A stretch of DNA of 48,572 nucleotides, from the IMG/VR virus record IMGVR_UViG_2706794699_000012, one strand, 5' to 3'. The translations under genes and the position numbers were made by a program. Shown here in pieces: positions 20,590 to 29,962 of the stretch (position 1 is the first letter of the stretch; every line of letters begins with the position of its first letter). This stretch comes from a virus. Its lineage: Duplodnaviria; Heunggongvirae; Uroviricota; Caudoviricetes. Under the pieces are notes generated by a model, which was not told the DNA's origin, did not search any database, and was given only the letters and a program-made list of their open reading frames with translations.

Positions 20590-21976
20590 TGATTTCCATC
20601 AGCATTACACTCTGATTTTTTAATTCATCGATCACTTCCTCTGGACGGGAATCCTGATCGATAAATTTCAACGCCTGCAACACCCGAACCGCATCAATCT
20701 GACGTATATCACCGCCCTGACGCAATGACTGAACAGCCAGCGCGGAGGATGAGTCAAACACCTGGGCAGATACATCCAGTTCAGTGCGCACATCCACATT
20801 GCCACCGCAACTCTCTCCGATCCATTCCGCCATTATCTGGAGAATATTATCGAGGGCATCTTCGAGGGAGTTCGCCATTGTATAAAGCGGCGAGTTTTCC
20901 TGCATTCGCTCTTCATTAGTCTGATCAACAGATTTGGTGGATGTATTTTCAGCACGCAGAAGTTTAGCGCCGGCATGACGCATCTGATTTTCCAGCTTCT
21001 CAAGTGATGTTTCGCCAGATTCTATCGCTGCGCCACTATGTTCAACATATTCGAGGCCATTTTTTGTTCTGTCCTCAAAAATCGTAGCGGTGGATGCACC
21101 AACCGTCAGTTCTTCATTCCTGTCCAGCCCGTAGGCCACCAGCAATGGAACGCGGGCAACATGAAGAATATTGTCCTGCTCGCTCTGGCTTTGCCAGTGC
21201 TTGATATTCAGCAAGCCAAGATTAAGCAATGGCGGTGTACCACGCATAAATCCTGTTTTCTTCGTGTACAGTGTTACCAGAGGAATATCATCACGGCTGG
21301 TATTCCATGACTCATGAAGCGTCCAGACAGATTCGCCATTAGTGCCTTCGCTACGTCGATAAATTTCAACTCGACGGGGCATAATATGGCGGATCTGCTC
21401 CACCTTCTTCTGCCCGAAATCATCACCATCAATAATGATGACCTCTTTTATACGCAAATCAGTGAGAACAACTTTCCCTTTTTCAACTTTCGATTTCCAT
21501 CCAATAACCTGGCGTGGATTCAGCATCGTAACGTACGGACGACCACCGGTCGCGTTTTCATCGGCTTTTGTCCGAATCTCTTTCATATCCGTTCGTGGAT
21601 AGTCCACCAGCGCATGTGCCACACCATACTGAAATGCGAGGCTGAAAAATTGCTGCGCCCACACATCCAGTCGGCTCCCCTCCATGTCGATATTTTCTGC
21701 ATATTCCCTGATTTTTGCCGGCGTTTCCTCACTCAATACTGTCGGCTCTGCAAATATGCGCCCAATATTTTGCTTGATGCTTTCTTCATACACAGGAAGT
21801 AGCGTAGCCACAGACAGGCGTTTTTTATAAGCGTCTTCATCTTCGTTAGGCCATTTTGGGAGATAATTTTCCCCCTGCCTGCGCATTTCAAGCGTACCGC
21901 CCATCAGTGCGTCGTTAATATCCCACGCCTCCAGCATATCGTTATAGTCGAGGTTGGGTGTTGATATATCAGCCAT
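20570..21976 (-). CDS. portal protein
   Basis: 468 aa, immediately downstream of terminase large subunit. Confidence 0.8.
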   Translation of the reverse strand: MADISTPNLDYNDMLEAWDINDALMGGTLEMRRQGENYLPKWPNEDEDAYKKRLSVATLLPVYEESIKQNIGRIFAEPTVLSEETPAKIREYAENIDMEGSRLDVWAQQFFSLAFQYGVAHALVDYPRTDMKEIRTKADENATGGRPYVTMLNPRQVIGWKSKVEKGKVVLTDLRIKEVIIIDGDDFGQKKVEQIRHIMPRRVEIYRRSEGTNGESVWTLHESWNTSRDDIPLVTLYTKKTGFMRGTPPLLNLGLLNIKHWQSQSEQDNILHVARVPLLVAYGLDRNEELTVGASTATIFEDRTKNGLEYVEHSGAAIESGETSLEKLENQMRHAGAKLLRAENTSTKSVDQTNEERMQENSPLYTMANSLEDALDNILQIMAEWIGESCGGNVDVRTELDVSAQVFDSSSALAVQSLRQGGDIRQIDAVRVLQALKFIDQDSRPEEVIDELKNQSVMLMEINDANRE

Positions 21977-21978
21977 AA

Positions 21979-23289
21979 TTAAATCCGAAGTGATGTGACT
22001 CTTCCGGTCGGTTTGACAATAGGGAATTGCTTAACGATGAAATAACCTCCGGCATCATTCGGGTGATCATTGCCAGATTTTTTATCAGGCTCCCCCTTCT
22101 CATCCCAGACCTGTTGCTCCAGAGATTCGGCATATAACGGGCAACGCTTCACATTAACTTTATAGCGACGCTCACCATTGGCATTGCAGAACATTGCATT
22201 CATTGAGTTAACGCGATCTTTTACTGGCGGGTTCGAGCTGTTCACCACAACGTTAAAACCAGCCTGCTTAAGCTGGGCTATATCCGTCGTACTTGCGTTA
22301 CTTGATTTTCTGGAATCCCCGGAAGCATCTGGATAAATATAAATTTCCCTCACTTTCCGGTAATCATTCCCATCATACAGCCAGAAGCGTTCTTTAATGA
22401 TGCGGATCATATCCGGCGTATCGTAGGCATTGATGATTTCAGTTACCGCACATGGAAGCCCCAAACGCAGCACATGGACGATTCCCGCCATCTTTCCAAC
22501 GTTAAAATCCATCCCAATATAAATCGGCTCCCCTGGCTGCTCCACTTCTTCGCAATTATTCAGTTTCCGGTCAAACTGATGGTAAACAGTACCACTTGTC
22601 AGGTTAGTAAACTGTCCTCGAAGATAGGCTTTAATCAGCTCTGGAGGGTATGATTCAAGAAGCGAAGGAATGTAATCTGCTGGCAGGTTCTTTTCATTAT
22701 CGAAAGTAGATGCCTGCACCAGACCATACAGTGAGGCCAGCTCTGTTTTTTCACGCACGGCTTTAACAAACTGCTCGTAGACAAATTTGAATCCTTCCGG
22801 CGTGGTTGTAACGTCAATACCGTTGCGAAGTCCATCAATCTTATAACGCATACGTGCAATTATCTTGCGCCACGCCGTTCTGGCTTTTTCCTTCGGCAAA
22901 ATGTCCAGTTCATCCACCAACGCATTACCAATTTTGAAACCGACGATCGTTTGTGGCTTCTCCATCGATCTGCAGATAGTGGTTCCCCGATACTGGCGTC
23001 CGTAATAAAAGTGAACCTCTTTATTTCCCTCATTAATTTTTACGTTCAATCCCCAGTCAGCAGCAACTTCTTCCACTGTAGGGTAAAAAATATCGCGAAT
23101 TTGGGGATACGTTGGCGCAAAATATCCCTGATTTATACCTGGATGCTCCCAAATCCCCTTGCATATGCCGCCACACCCAACCCATGTTTTGCCCGAGCCA
23201 AAACCAGCAATATAGGCTTTAAATTTATGGGGCATTGAAAGAAATCGCGCCTGAGGCACATTAAGCGTCGGAGAGATCATCTTCATCAC
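21979..23289 (-). CDS. terminase large subunit
   Basis: Walker A-like GFGSGKT near N-terminus; 436 aa; between small terminase and portal. Confidence 0.85.
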   Translation of the reverse strand: MMKMISPTLNVPQARFLSMPHKFKAYIAGFGSGKTWVGCGGICKGIWEHPGINQGYFAPTYPQIRDIFYPTVEEVAADWGLNVKINEGNKEVHFYYGRQYRGTTICRSMEKPQTIVGFKIGNALVDELDILPKEKARTAWRKIIARMRYKIDGLRNGIDVTTTPEGFKFVYEQFVKAVREKTELASLYGLVQASTFDNEKNLPADYIPSLLESYPPELIKAYLRGQFTNLTSGTVYHQFDRKLNNCEEVEQPGEPIYIGMDFNVGKMAGIVHVLRLGLPCAVTEIINAYDTPDMIRIIKERFWLYDGNDYRKVREIYIYPDASGDSRKSSNASTTDIAQLKQAGFNVVVNSSNPPVKDRVNSMNAMFCNANGERRYKVNVKRCPLYAESLEQQVWDEKGEPDKKSGNDHPNDAGGYFIVKQFPIVKPTGRVTSLRI

Positions 23290-24355
23290 TCCTTACTCTG
23301 GCATCAACCACATTAATATTGATCGCCACAGGCTGGGGATGTTCATTATCTTCCACCGTTTCGATCTCTTTGCGCAGCTTCTGGTTTTCCATTCTGCGCC
23401 GTTCAATTTCCAGTTCCCGTAGCCGCTTATCTGCACATAAAGCCCCGCCAGCAGAAAACAAACGCAACAATTCACGCCGGGCGGCAGCCTTATCCTCCAG
23501 CAGGATCTCAACGCCGAATTTTCCGAATTTTGCCCCTGCATATAATTGCCGCGCATCCCCATCAAGCAGAGTGGTATCAGCCATATAAAGCTGTCCCGTT
23601 CCCTCACCGCAGCACTTCGGGCAGTCCGGATTGGGTATGGCGTTATCAACAAAGCCGAGGCCTCCATATTCCGGTTCGGGTTTGCCATCTCTGGAAGCCT
23701 GCGCCGCTGCCTTGTCGAATTCTGCTATATCGCGCCACTGGTAGAGATGATTCTCGCCCCAGCAATAACGGCAGTTAACACGGCGAAATTGTGCAAGCTG
23801 ATTGGGGTCGGCCAGGACAATAGCCATCAACTGACTCACTAGTAAATCCAGGTCTGCGGTATAGCGTTTCTGGTACTGATTGCGGAAGTAGCTGATAGCG
23901 CGAAAAACCCTGGCATTTCTAAGCATACGACTGGCGTTGCTGTTAGCTGTCGCACCTTGCCCCTCATAACCGGCTAGTCGGTACGCCTCTGTCGGCTTTT
24001 TACCCTGAGCAACAAGCATCGCAAACTTAGCCTGCTGGTCAGAAATGCCGAATTCATCGGGACAGAACGAAAATTCCTCCGCGTCGCCCTCATTCAGGCC
24101 CGCATCGAATACTGGCTTTTTTTCCTGAGATTTTTCGTTCCGCTTTTGTGCAGTCTGCGCAGATTTTTTCTGCGCACTTTTTTGCGCAGTTTTGCACATT
24201 TCTGTCTGCGCATTTTTCGGAGTTTTTTTGATGTAACGACGGGCTGTTGCGTAATTCAGTCCCCTTGCTTCACACCATGCCACCGGAGATATACCGGAGC
24301 GGGTGTATTCAGCAATATACTCCTGCTGCAACGCCCCCCAGTCCGGTCTGCTCAT
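23261..24355 (-). CDS. terminase small subunit (DNA-recognition), with low-complexity AQK-rich linker
   Basis: N-terminal HTH-like segment (ISPVAWCEARGLNYATARRYI), then KTAQKSAQKKSAQTAQK, C-terminal coiled coil; overlaps terminase large start. Confidence 0.6.
   Translation of the reverse strand: MSRPDWGALQQEYIAEYTRSGISPVAWCEARGLNYATARRYIKKTPKNAQTEMCKTAQKSAQKKSAQTAQKRNEKSQEKKPVFDAGLNEGDAEEFSFCPDEFGISDQQAKFAMLVAQGKKPTEAYRLAGYEGQGATANSNASRMLRNARVFRAISYFRNQYQKRYTADLDLLVSQLMAIVLADPNQLAQFRRVNCRYCWGENHLYQWRDIAEFDKAAAQASRDGKPEPEYGGLGFVDNAIPNPDCPKCCGEGTGQLYMADTTLLDGDARQLYAGAKFGKFGVEILLEDKAAARRELLRLFSAGGALCADKRLRELEIERRRMENQKLRKEIETVEDNEHPQPVAININVVDARVRSDEDDLSDA
24146..24215. repeat. four palindromic TGCGCA hexamers separated by T-tracts inside the terS 5' region (candidate pac site)
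   Basis: ctgcgca at 24155, ctgcgca at 24170, tgcgcag at 24183, ctgcgca at 24206, each followed by a run of T. Confidence 0.5.
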
Positions 24356-24358
24356 CAG

Positions 24359-24610
24359 TTAGTCCTGATTTTTATCCACCCTGAGTAGTTCGCGCAGAGC
24401 AAAGGCATCCCCTTTTCTGGCAAGCTTAAACAATGCCGCTCGTAACTCGGCTTCACCTTTCGCTCTGCCCTTACGGATGGCCGCATAAAAATCTGTCATT
24501 GCTTCCCGATTTTCTTTCAGTCGGTTCAGATCAACATCCAGAACGTCAGCGATTTGTTGTGCAGTCATCCGGCACGCTGCCAGAGACTCGACTTTCGAAT
24601 ACGGAATCAT
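24359..24610 (-). CDS. small hypothetical protein upstream of terS
   Basis: 83-aa ORF, stop overlaps terS start; start overlaps upstream gene so the true start may be internal. Confidence 0.4.
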   Translation of the reverse strand: MIPYSKVESLAACRMTAQQIADVLDVDLNRLKENREAMTDFYAAIRKGRAKGEAELRAALFKLARKGDAFALRELLRVDKNQD

Positions 24611-25478
24611 TTGTCACCCCCATTGATATGCAGGGTGTCTTCTTCCTGTATTTTTCGTGAAGGATTTTTACTGCAGCGTTGTTCCAGGTGACCTGATGGT
24701 GAATGCGTTTATGACTGGCACCCATAAGTGAGATTTTTACGCACGACGGCGCATACATGACGGAGTAAAAACTTTTAACGTAGGTTCCGGAATCCAGATA
24801 CAGCTCGGTCATTCCGCCGCTGTTTTTCTGCGTCTGTTTCTGCCCTAACTGGACAGCACCGATCGTCATAAACAATTCACCACAGCGACCGAGATTCGTG
24901 TACGTATTCACATCCTCGTTAATGCGCCCCATGAATGAGAACGGTCGATCAACCGAACAGATAAAGCTGTTCATTGCCTTGCGTTTCACCCACGAAGCAT
25001 GGCCGCCATTGTCACCAAGAAAATCCCCGCCCTGCGACATAGCGATGGAAAGAGCAGGTATTGATTCGTAGTACGCAAGCATTTCAGAAAGGATCTCATC
25101 CAGTTTCCTTATCGGGAAATAGGCCTGGTCATAGTTGCGATCCACCCGAAACTGGAACTCGTGATAATCATCATCGAGCTGAATGAAGTATTTACACCCG
25201 ACCAGTTTTGCCTGGTCGAAACAGGCATTACGGGCGTAAAAAATTGAGCGGCGGTCACTAAAATTATCGGCTTCGTCAAAACGACTAGCAATATCGGCTT
25301 TGGAAAATACCAGCACCTGTTCACCAAATTCAGCCATGTACTGATGCCGTGTCTTATCTTCATCATCAACAACGATAAAAATTTTCCCGGTATAGCCAGC
25401 ACGACGCAACGTCCGGTAAGTCAGAACTTTGTCCGGTCGCCCGTGAGTCAGAATAAAGGCGCAAAAATCATCACGCAT
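24546..25478 (-). CDS. hypothetical protein with GT-A-like acidic motifs (VVDDED, LDDDY)
   Basis: ATG at 25478 preceded by GGAGGAGGAA and overlapping the ParB-like stop; motifs ILTHGRPD...IFIVVDDEDK...QLDDDY resemble a nucleotide-sugar transferase fold. Confidence 0.5.
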   Translation of the reverse strand: MRDDFCAFILTHGRPDKVLTYRTLRRAGYTGKIFIVVDDEDKTRHQYMAEFGEQVLVFSKADIASRFDEADNFSDRRSIFYARNACFDQAKLVGCKYFIQLDDDYHEFQFRVDRNYDQAYFPIRKLDEILSEMLAYYESIPALSIAMSQGGDFLGDNGGHASWVKRKAMNSFICSVDRPFSFMGRINEDVNTYTNLGRCGELFMTIGAVQLGQKQTQKNSGGMTELYLDSGTYVKSFYSVMYAPSCVKISLMGASHKRIHHQVTWNNAAVKILHEKYRKKTPCISMGVTNDSVFESRVSGSVPDDCTTNR

Positions 25479-26259
25479 ATTCCTCCTCCCCGCCATGCAT
25501 GATCTCCACCATGCGCTGCGTCATTCGGACAAATCCATTTTCAATAGCCTGCTGATAATCAATGATCACCAGCGCCGACTCCTCGAAAAGGCACTGAATT
25601 TCAGCGGGGGCATGAGCGTAATAGTCCGCAATTCTGCTGAAATTAAACACCGTGTGACGTTCTGCTGCACACAGGAGGAATTTCTCAATATCAGGATCAA
25701 GGGACGCCGAACGTATCCGGCTGATCAGCTCCTGAGTTTTCGTATCGTCGTACAGTTCACTGATATCCGGTTTACCGCCTGACGGCTCATAAACAGGCGT
25801 ATCAATTTTCGTCGTATACGGCTCCTCCTCATTTCCTGTACCGGGCAAAACATCCGTCAACAGTTCATCAATTTCTGCCGGGATGAAGCCTGTCAGGGAG
25901 ACATCAAAATCAGCATTGATTAGGTCCGACAGCTCCATCCGCAACAGATCTTCATCCCAGCCAGCATTCATCGGCAGGCGATTATCTGCCAGGCGGTACG
26001 CCTTTTTCTGCTCATCCGTCAGGCCAGACAGAACAATGACCGGAACAGAATCCATTTTGAGCATTTCAGCCGCCATAACACGACCGTGACCCGCAATAAT
26101 TTCGCCCTTTTCGTCAATCAGCACCGGATTAGTCCAGCCGAATTGCTTAATACTTTCTACCAGTTGTGCCACCTGCTCAGTACTGTGCGTCCTGGCGTTG
26201 TGCGCATACGGTGACAATTCTTGTAATGGGCGATAGACTATCTTTAATTTCTCGCTCAT
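25471..26259 (-). CDS. ParB-like nuclease domain protein
   Basis: N-terminal ParB/Srx-like motif ...PVLIDEKGEIIAGHGRVMAA...; 262 aa. Confidence 0.75.
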   Translation of the reverse strand: MSEKLKIVYRPLQELSPYAHNARTHSTEQVAQLVESIKQFGWTNPVLIDEKGEIIAGHGRVMAAEMLKMDSVPVIVLSGLTDEQKKAYRLADNRLPMNAGWDEDLLRMELSDLINADFDVSLTGFIPAEIDELLTDVLPGTGNEEEPYTTKIDTPVYEPSGGKPDISELYDDTKTQELISRIRSASLDPDIEKFLLCAAERHTVFNFSRIADYYAHAPAEIQCLFEESALVIIDYQQAIENGFVRMTQRMVEIMHGGEEEYA

Positions 26260-26396
26260 ACAGCCTTGCTTTATGAATAAAACGCACCCCAGCAGCCAGT
26301 GCTACTGGGGGCGGAGGTGTTGCTGGTAAAGTTAGGTATTGGATCAATGAGTGAGTCAACATAATATTAAACTCACAATTATAAATCAGCCATATA

Positions 26397-27854
26397 TTAG
26401 GAGCGCCAAAAAAAACCTGAAAACAATATAATAACAGGATAAATTTCAAGGCGACCAAGAATCATAGCTATGCACATTAAATATTTTGCAATGTCATTAA
26501 GCACTCCGAATGACGATGCAGTAGCCCCAAAACCTAATCCCATATTATTAATACATGCAGCCACTGTTGCAAATGATGTAAGAAAATCATATCCCATACC
26601 ATTTAACACCAGTATAAAAAACACCGTGAAGAGAGTATAAAGAAAAAAGAAACTCCATACAGACCTCATTACACGATCTGTAACTATCTTCCCTCCTACA
26701 TTTACACTCAACAACGCTCTGGGATGAGAAAGCTGATTTATCTCGTGTTTGCTTTGTTTGAAAAGTATAAGAAATCGAAGTGACTTAATTCCACCACAGG
26801 TTGAACCTATACATCCCCCAAAGAAACTTGACAACAGCAAAAACACTATCGTGTGCGTGGGCCAGTTTGCATAATCCTGCGTAGCTAAACCATTATCAGT
26901 GAGCATGGAGCTGGCAAGAAAAAACGAATGAATAAAACTTCCATGCAAGTCATACATACCTATATGCCAGACCTGGAAAGAGGTAACAATGATCACCCCT
27001 AAGGCTATTAACAGAAAGAAACGAAGTTCAATATCTCTGATTAAAGGTTTTATCGTTTTTCTGCTAATAACAATATACCAAAGAGTGAAGTTGAAAGCCG
27101 ATAGCAGGGAAAAAGAACCAGCCACCAGCTCAACCAAATAGTTATTAAAATATCCGATACTCTCGCTATGAGTTGAGAAACCACCAAGCGAAACTGTGGA
27201 AATCCCGTGACAAATAGCATCAAACAAAGGCATTCCTGCAAGTCTATAACAGACAATACAAGCAATACCTAATAAAGAATAAGTTATCCACAGTGTCCGT
27301 GACGTATCGGCCAGGCGGGGAGTGAGTTTGTCATCCTTAAATGGCCCCGGCATTTCTGACTGATAAAGCTTTGCACCACCAATACCCAATAATGGCAATA
27401 CTGCAACCGCCAGAACAATAACTCCTAAACCACCTATAAAATTTAACTGTGACCGATAGTACAAATATGCCCGAGGTAATGAACTAACATCATCAATTAC
27501 AGTTGCTCCTGTTGTTGTTATTCCAGAAACCCCTTCAAACAGAGCATCAATGAACGTTAAATTAAGTTCTGAGTCAATCCATAAAGGGAATGCACTAATA
27601 ACAGAAAACAAAATCCAAAACATTACAATTATAATAAACCCATCACGGGTACGTAATTGAATGCCAGATTTCTTAGTTGTATACCACGCTCCGCCACCAA
27701 TGCAAAAAAATATAACGAAAGTTATAAAGAAAACGAACAGGCTTTTTTCTTTATAAAACAATGCTACAACCATTGGTGGCAACATTGAAAGACTATAGAG
27801 CCAAACCAGGAACCCACACATATGAGTAACAACTCTTACATGAGATGTATTCAT
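26397..27854 (-). CDS. trkG: Trk potassium uptake protein TrkG (prophage moron)
   Basis: Multi-pass membrane protein; start MNTSHVRVVTHMCGFLVWLYSL gives 485 aa, matching Rac TrkG as recalled; visibly AT-rich relative to flanking genes. Confidence 0.9.
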   Translation of the reverse strand: MNTSHVRVVTHMCGFLVWLYSLSMLPPMVVALFYKEKSLFVFFITFVIFFCIGGGAWYTTKKSGIQLRTRDGFIIIVMFWILFSVISAFPLWIDSELNLTFIDALFEGVSGITTTGATVIDDVSSLPRAYLYYRSQLNFIGGLGVIVLAVAVLPLLGIGGAKLYQSEMPGPFKDDKLTPRLADTSRTLWITYSLLGIACIVCYRLAGMPLFDAICHGISTVSLGGFSTHSESIGYFNNYLVELVAGSFSLLSAFNFTLWYIVISRKTIKPLIRDIELRFFLLIALGVIIVTSFQVWHIGMYDLHGSFIHSFFLASSMLTDNGLATQDYANWPTHTIVFLLLSSFFGGCIGSTCGGIKSLRFLILFKQSKHEINQLSHPRALLSVNVGGKIVTDRVMRSVWSFFFLYTLFTVFFILVLNGMGYDFLTSFATVAACINNMGLGFGATASSFGVLNDIAKYLMCIAMILGRLEIYPVIILFSGFFWRS

Positions 27855-27991
27855 ATCTAAATATTCTTTCAATTATAACCACCTTGCTGCAATATTATGA
27901 TTATACTGTATAAAATTTAACTCCTCTTAGATCTTACTTCACTGTTCCTTATGAAACAATCATCAAAATGAATCATATTGTAGTTAAGATT

Positions 27992-28456
27992 TTACTTTAA
28001 ACACTGCTCGGTTATGTATTGCTGAGCACCTTCAAGTTGGGCCTGCATCATTACCAGTCGTTCCCGGAGGGTGAAATAATCCCGTTCAGCGGTGTCTGCC
28101 AGTCGGGGGGAGGCTGCATTATCCACGCCGGAGGCGGTGGTGGCTTCACGCACTGACTGACAGACTGCTTTGATGTGCAACCGACGACGACCAGCGGCAA
28201 CATCATCACGCAGAGCATCATTTTCAGCTTTCGCATCAGCTAACTCCTTCGTGTATTTTGCATCGAGCGCAGCAACATCACGCTGACGCATCTGCATGTC
28301 AGTAATTGCCGCGTTCGCCAGCTTCAGTTCTCTGGCATTTTTGTCGCGCTGGGCTTTGTAGGTAATGGCGTTATCACGGTAATGATTAACAGCCCATGAC
28401 AGGCAGACGATGATGCAGATAACCAGAGCGGAGATAATCGCGGTTACTCTGTTCAT
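27992..28456 (-). CDS. rzpR: spanin inner-membrane subunit Rz
   Basis: N-terminal TM helix then coiled coil; start MNRVTAII; follows endolysin. Confidence 0.8.
   Translation of the reverse strand: MNRVTAIISALVICIIVCLSWAVNHYRDNAITYKAQRDKNARELKLANAAITDMQMRQRDVAALDAKYTKELADAKAENDALRDDVAAGRRRLHIKAVCQSVREATTASGVDNAASPRLADTAERDYFTLRERLVMMQAQLEGAQQYITEQCLK
28051..28236 (-). CDS. rzoR: spanin outer-membrane lipoprotein Rz1, embedded in Rz in another frame
   Basis: 61 aa, lipobox VVGC, proline-rich ([15 protein letters not shown]), nested within Rz. Confidence 0.75.
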   Translation of the reverse strand: MRKLKMMLCVMMLPLVVVGCTSKQSVSQCVKPPPPPAWIMQPPPDWQTPLNGIISPSGNDW

Positions 28457-28950
28457 TGCTGACCCCACAAACAGATTTCACGCTCAATCTCACGACGAGT
28501 CATGAGACCTTTCCATTGCTTACCGCCAGCATATGTCCAGCGACGTAGCTGATCACATGCGCCTTTGATATCGCCCTGGTTTATTTTGCGAAGAAGCGTC
28601 GATGTTCTGAAATTGCCAGCACCCACGTTGTAAACGAATGAGTAAAGAGCGCCGCGCGTTGTTTCCGGTATATCGACTTTGATGTACGGGTTAATTTGTC
28701 TGGCGACAGTGGCAAGGTCTTTATTCAAGAGTGTTTTGCATTCTGCTTTGGTATACGTTTTACCGAGCATGATGTCTTTTCCTGTATGCCCGTGACATAC
28801 AGTCCATACACCAACAATATCTTTGTATGGTATGTAGCTGACACCTTCCAGACCATCGTTACCACTTGGGCCAGTGATTAACACTGATGCTATAGCAATT
28901 GCTCCGCCACCAATAGCAGCAGCAACGACTTTTCGTAATGATGGAGGCAT
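28453..28950 (-). CDS. SAR endolysin (phage 21 R-type lysozyme)
   Basis: N-terminal Gly/Ala-rich signal-arrest-release helix ([18 protein letters not shown]) then lysozyme-like domain; 165 aa. Confidence 0.85.
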   Translation of the reverse strand: MPPSLRKVVAAAIGGGAIAIASVLITGPSGNDGLEGVSYIPYKDIVGVWTVCHGHTGKDIMLGKTYTKAECKTLLNKDLATVARQINPYIKVDIPETTRGALYSFVYNVGAGNFRTSTLLRKINQGDIKGACDQLRRWTYAGGKQWKGLMTRREIEREICLWGQQ

Positions 28951-29165
28951 TATTCACCTCTCGCAGCCTTGCGCTTATCTTCTTTAATCTTGAAATAAAG
29001 GTTTGTCAGGTACGTCAGCAGGCCAAATACCAGACTACCCAGCACACCGATTGCAGCCCACTGTGACGGAGTTACTCTATCGAGCAACTGTAAAAACCAG
29101 TAGCCAGCACTGCCTGCGGAGGTGCCGTAGGCAATGCCTGTTGAAATTTTGTCCATGGATTTCAT
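28950..29165 (-). CDS. pinholin (phage 21 S-type) with dual-start motif
   Basis: [24 protein letters not shown]...; two Met codons three codons apart (ATG at 29165 and 29156) as in the S21 71/68 pair; preceded by GGAGGTGA. Confidence 0.85.
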   Translation of the reverse strand: MKSMDKISTGIAYGTSAGSAGYWFLQLLDRVTPSQWAAIGVLGSLVFGLLTYLTNLYFKIKEDKRKAARGE

Positions 29166-29266
29166 AGCCTCACCTCCGCACGGAACGGATGGCATAGTTA
29201 TTATGTGTAGGCTTTCAGACACATCAATCAGAGCCTTAATTGATATATATGCTGGAGACGATGCAA

Positions 29267-29291
29267 TATAAAAAGCTCGCCGTAGCGAGCT
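29267..29291 (-). terminator. rho-independent terminator downstream of the lipoprotein morons
   Basis: Stem agctcgc (29274-29280) / gcgagct (29285-29291), loop cgta; minus-strand RNA is followed by UUUUAUAUU. Confidence 0.6.
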
Positions 29292-29416
29292 AATAAAATG
29301 TATTTCTCTGATATTATGTTTATTTGTATTAGCTCAGACTTGACATCACAGGTTTCGTATATAGAACATCATCAAATCTGTCAGTTTGCTATGAATGAGA
29401 TATAGTAATTGAAGAG

Positions 29417-29812
29417 CTAACCTCGCATGTCAAAGCCAGATTTCTGAAAATCTCTGTAGACTTCCGGATTGTTGAAGGCCGGAAATTTGGCTTTATGAGC
29501 TGCGGACTTTATCGCTTCGCAATAGGCTTTATCACCGTTACTGGTAGATATTTTTAACGCCGTGCCATCCTGAGAGAATTCCATATGCAACCTGCATTTT
29601 TTCCCTTTCCAGTTATGCGGCTCATCAAGTTTGGCATTAATTGCAGCTCTGATTCCCCGCGCTTGCGCCCCCCATTCATCCTGATCATCCCAGCGTCCTG
29701 AACTGCAACTACCTGTAGCAGTAGTTTTGTGGCAATCTGAAGGGTGTAAAGGTGTGCATCCCGCAACAAAACCGACCCAAAAAGTCAACATAACGATTTT
29801 CTTTAATCCCAC
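29417..29812 (-). CDS. lipoprotein with TolA domain-III-like C-terminus (paralogue 2)
   Basis: GTG start preceded by GAGGAG; signal peptide + lipobox VAGC; C-terminal ...KKCRLHMEFSQDGTALKISTSNGDKAYCEAIKSAAHKAKFPAFNNPEVYRDFQKSGFDMRG parallels paralogue 1, including the Cys pair. Confidence 0.7.
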   Translation of the reverse strand: MGLKKIVMLTFWVGFVAGCTPLHPSDCHKTTATGSCSSGRWDDQDEWGAQARGIRAAINAKLDEPHNWKGKKCRLHMEFSQDGTALKISTSNGDKAYCEAIKSAAHKAKFPAFNNPEVYRDFQKSGFDMRG

Positions 29813-29962
29813 TTCTTGCTCCTCAATCCATTAAAATCTCAGCAATAGTAGTTGTTACGTCCGCCACTGGCTCAGAGCTGACTATCCGCTAAATTTAGCT
29901 CAGTGCCGTAGCTGTGTCAGAACAAACCTAAGCCGAAACCGTTTATTACAAAACAATAAATA

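Noticed and set aside
26177-26458. 93-aa ORF overlapping the trkG 3' end and the ParB-like start
   Set aside because: Overlaps two supported genes in another frame; no SD.
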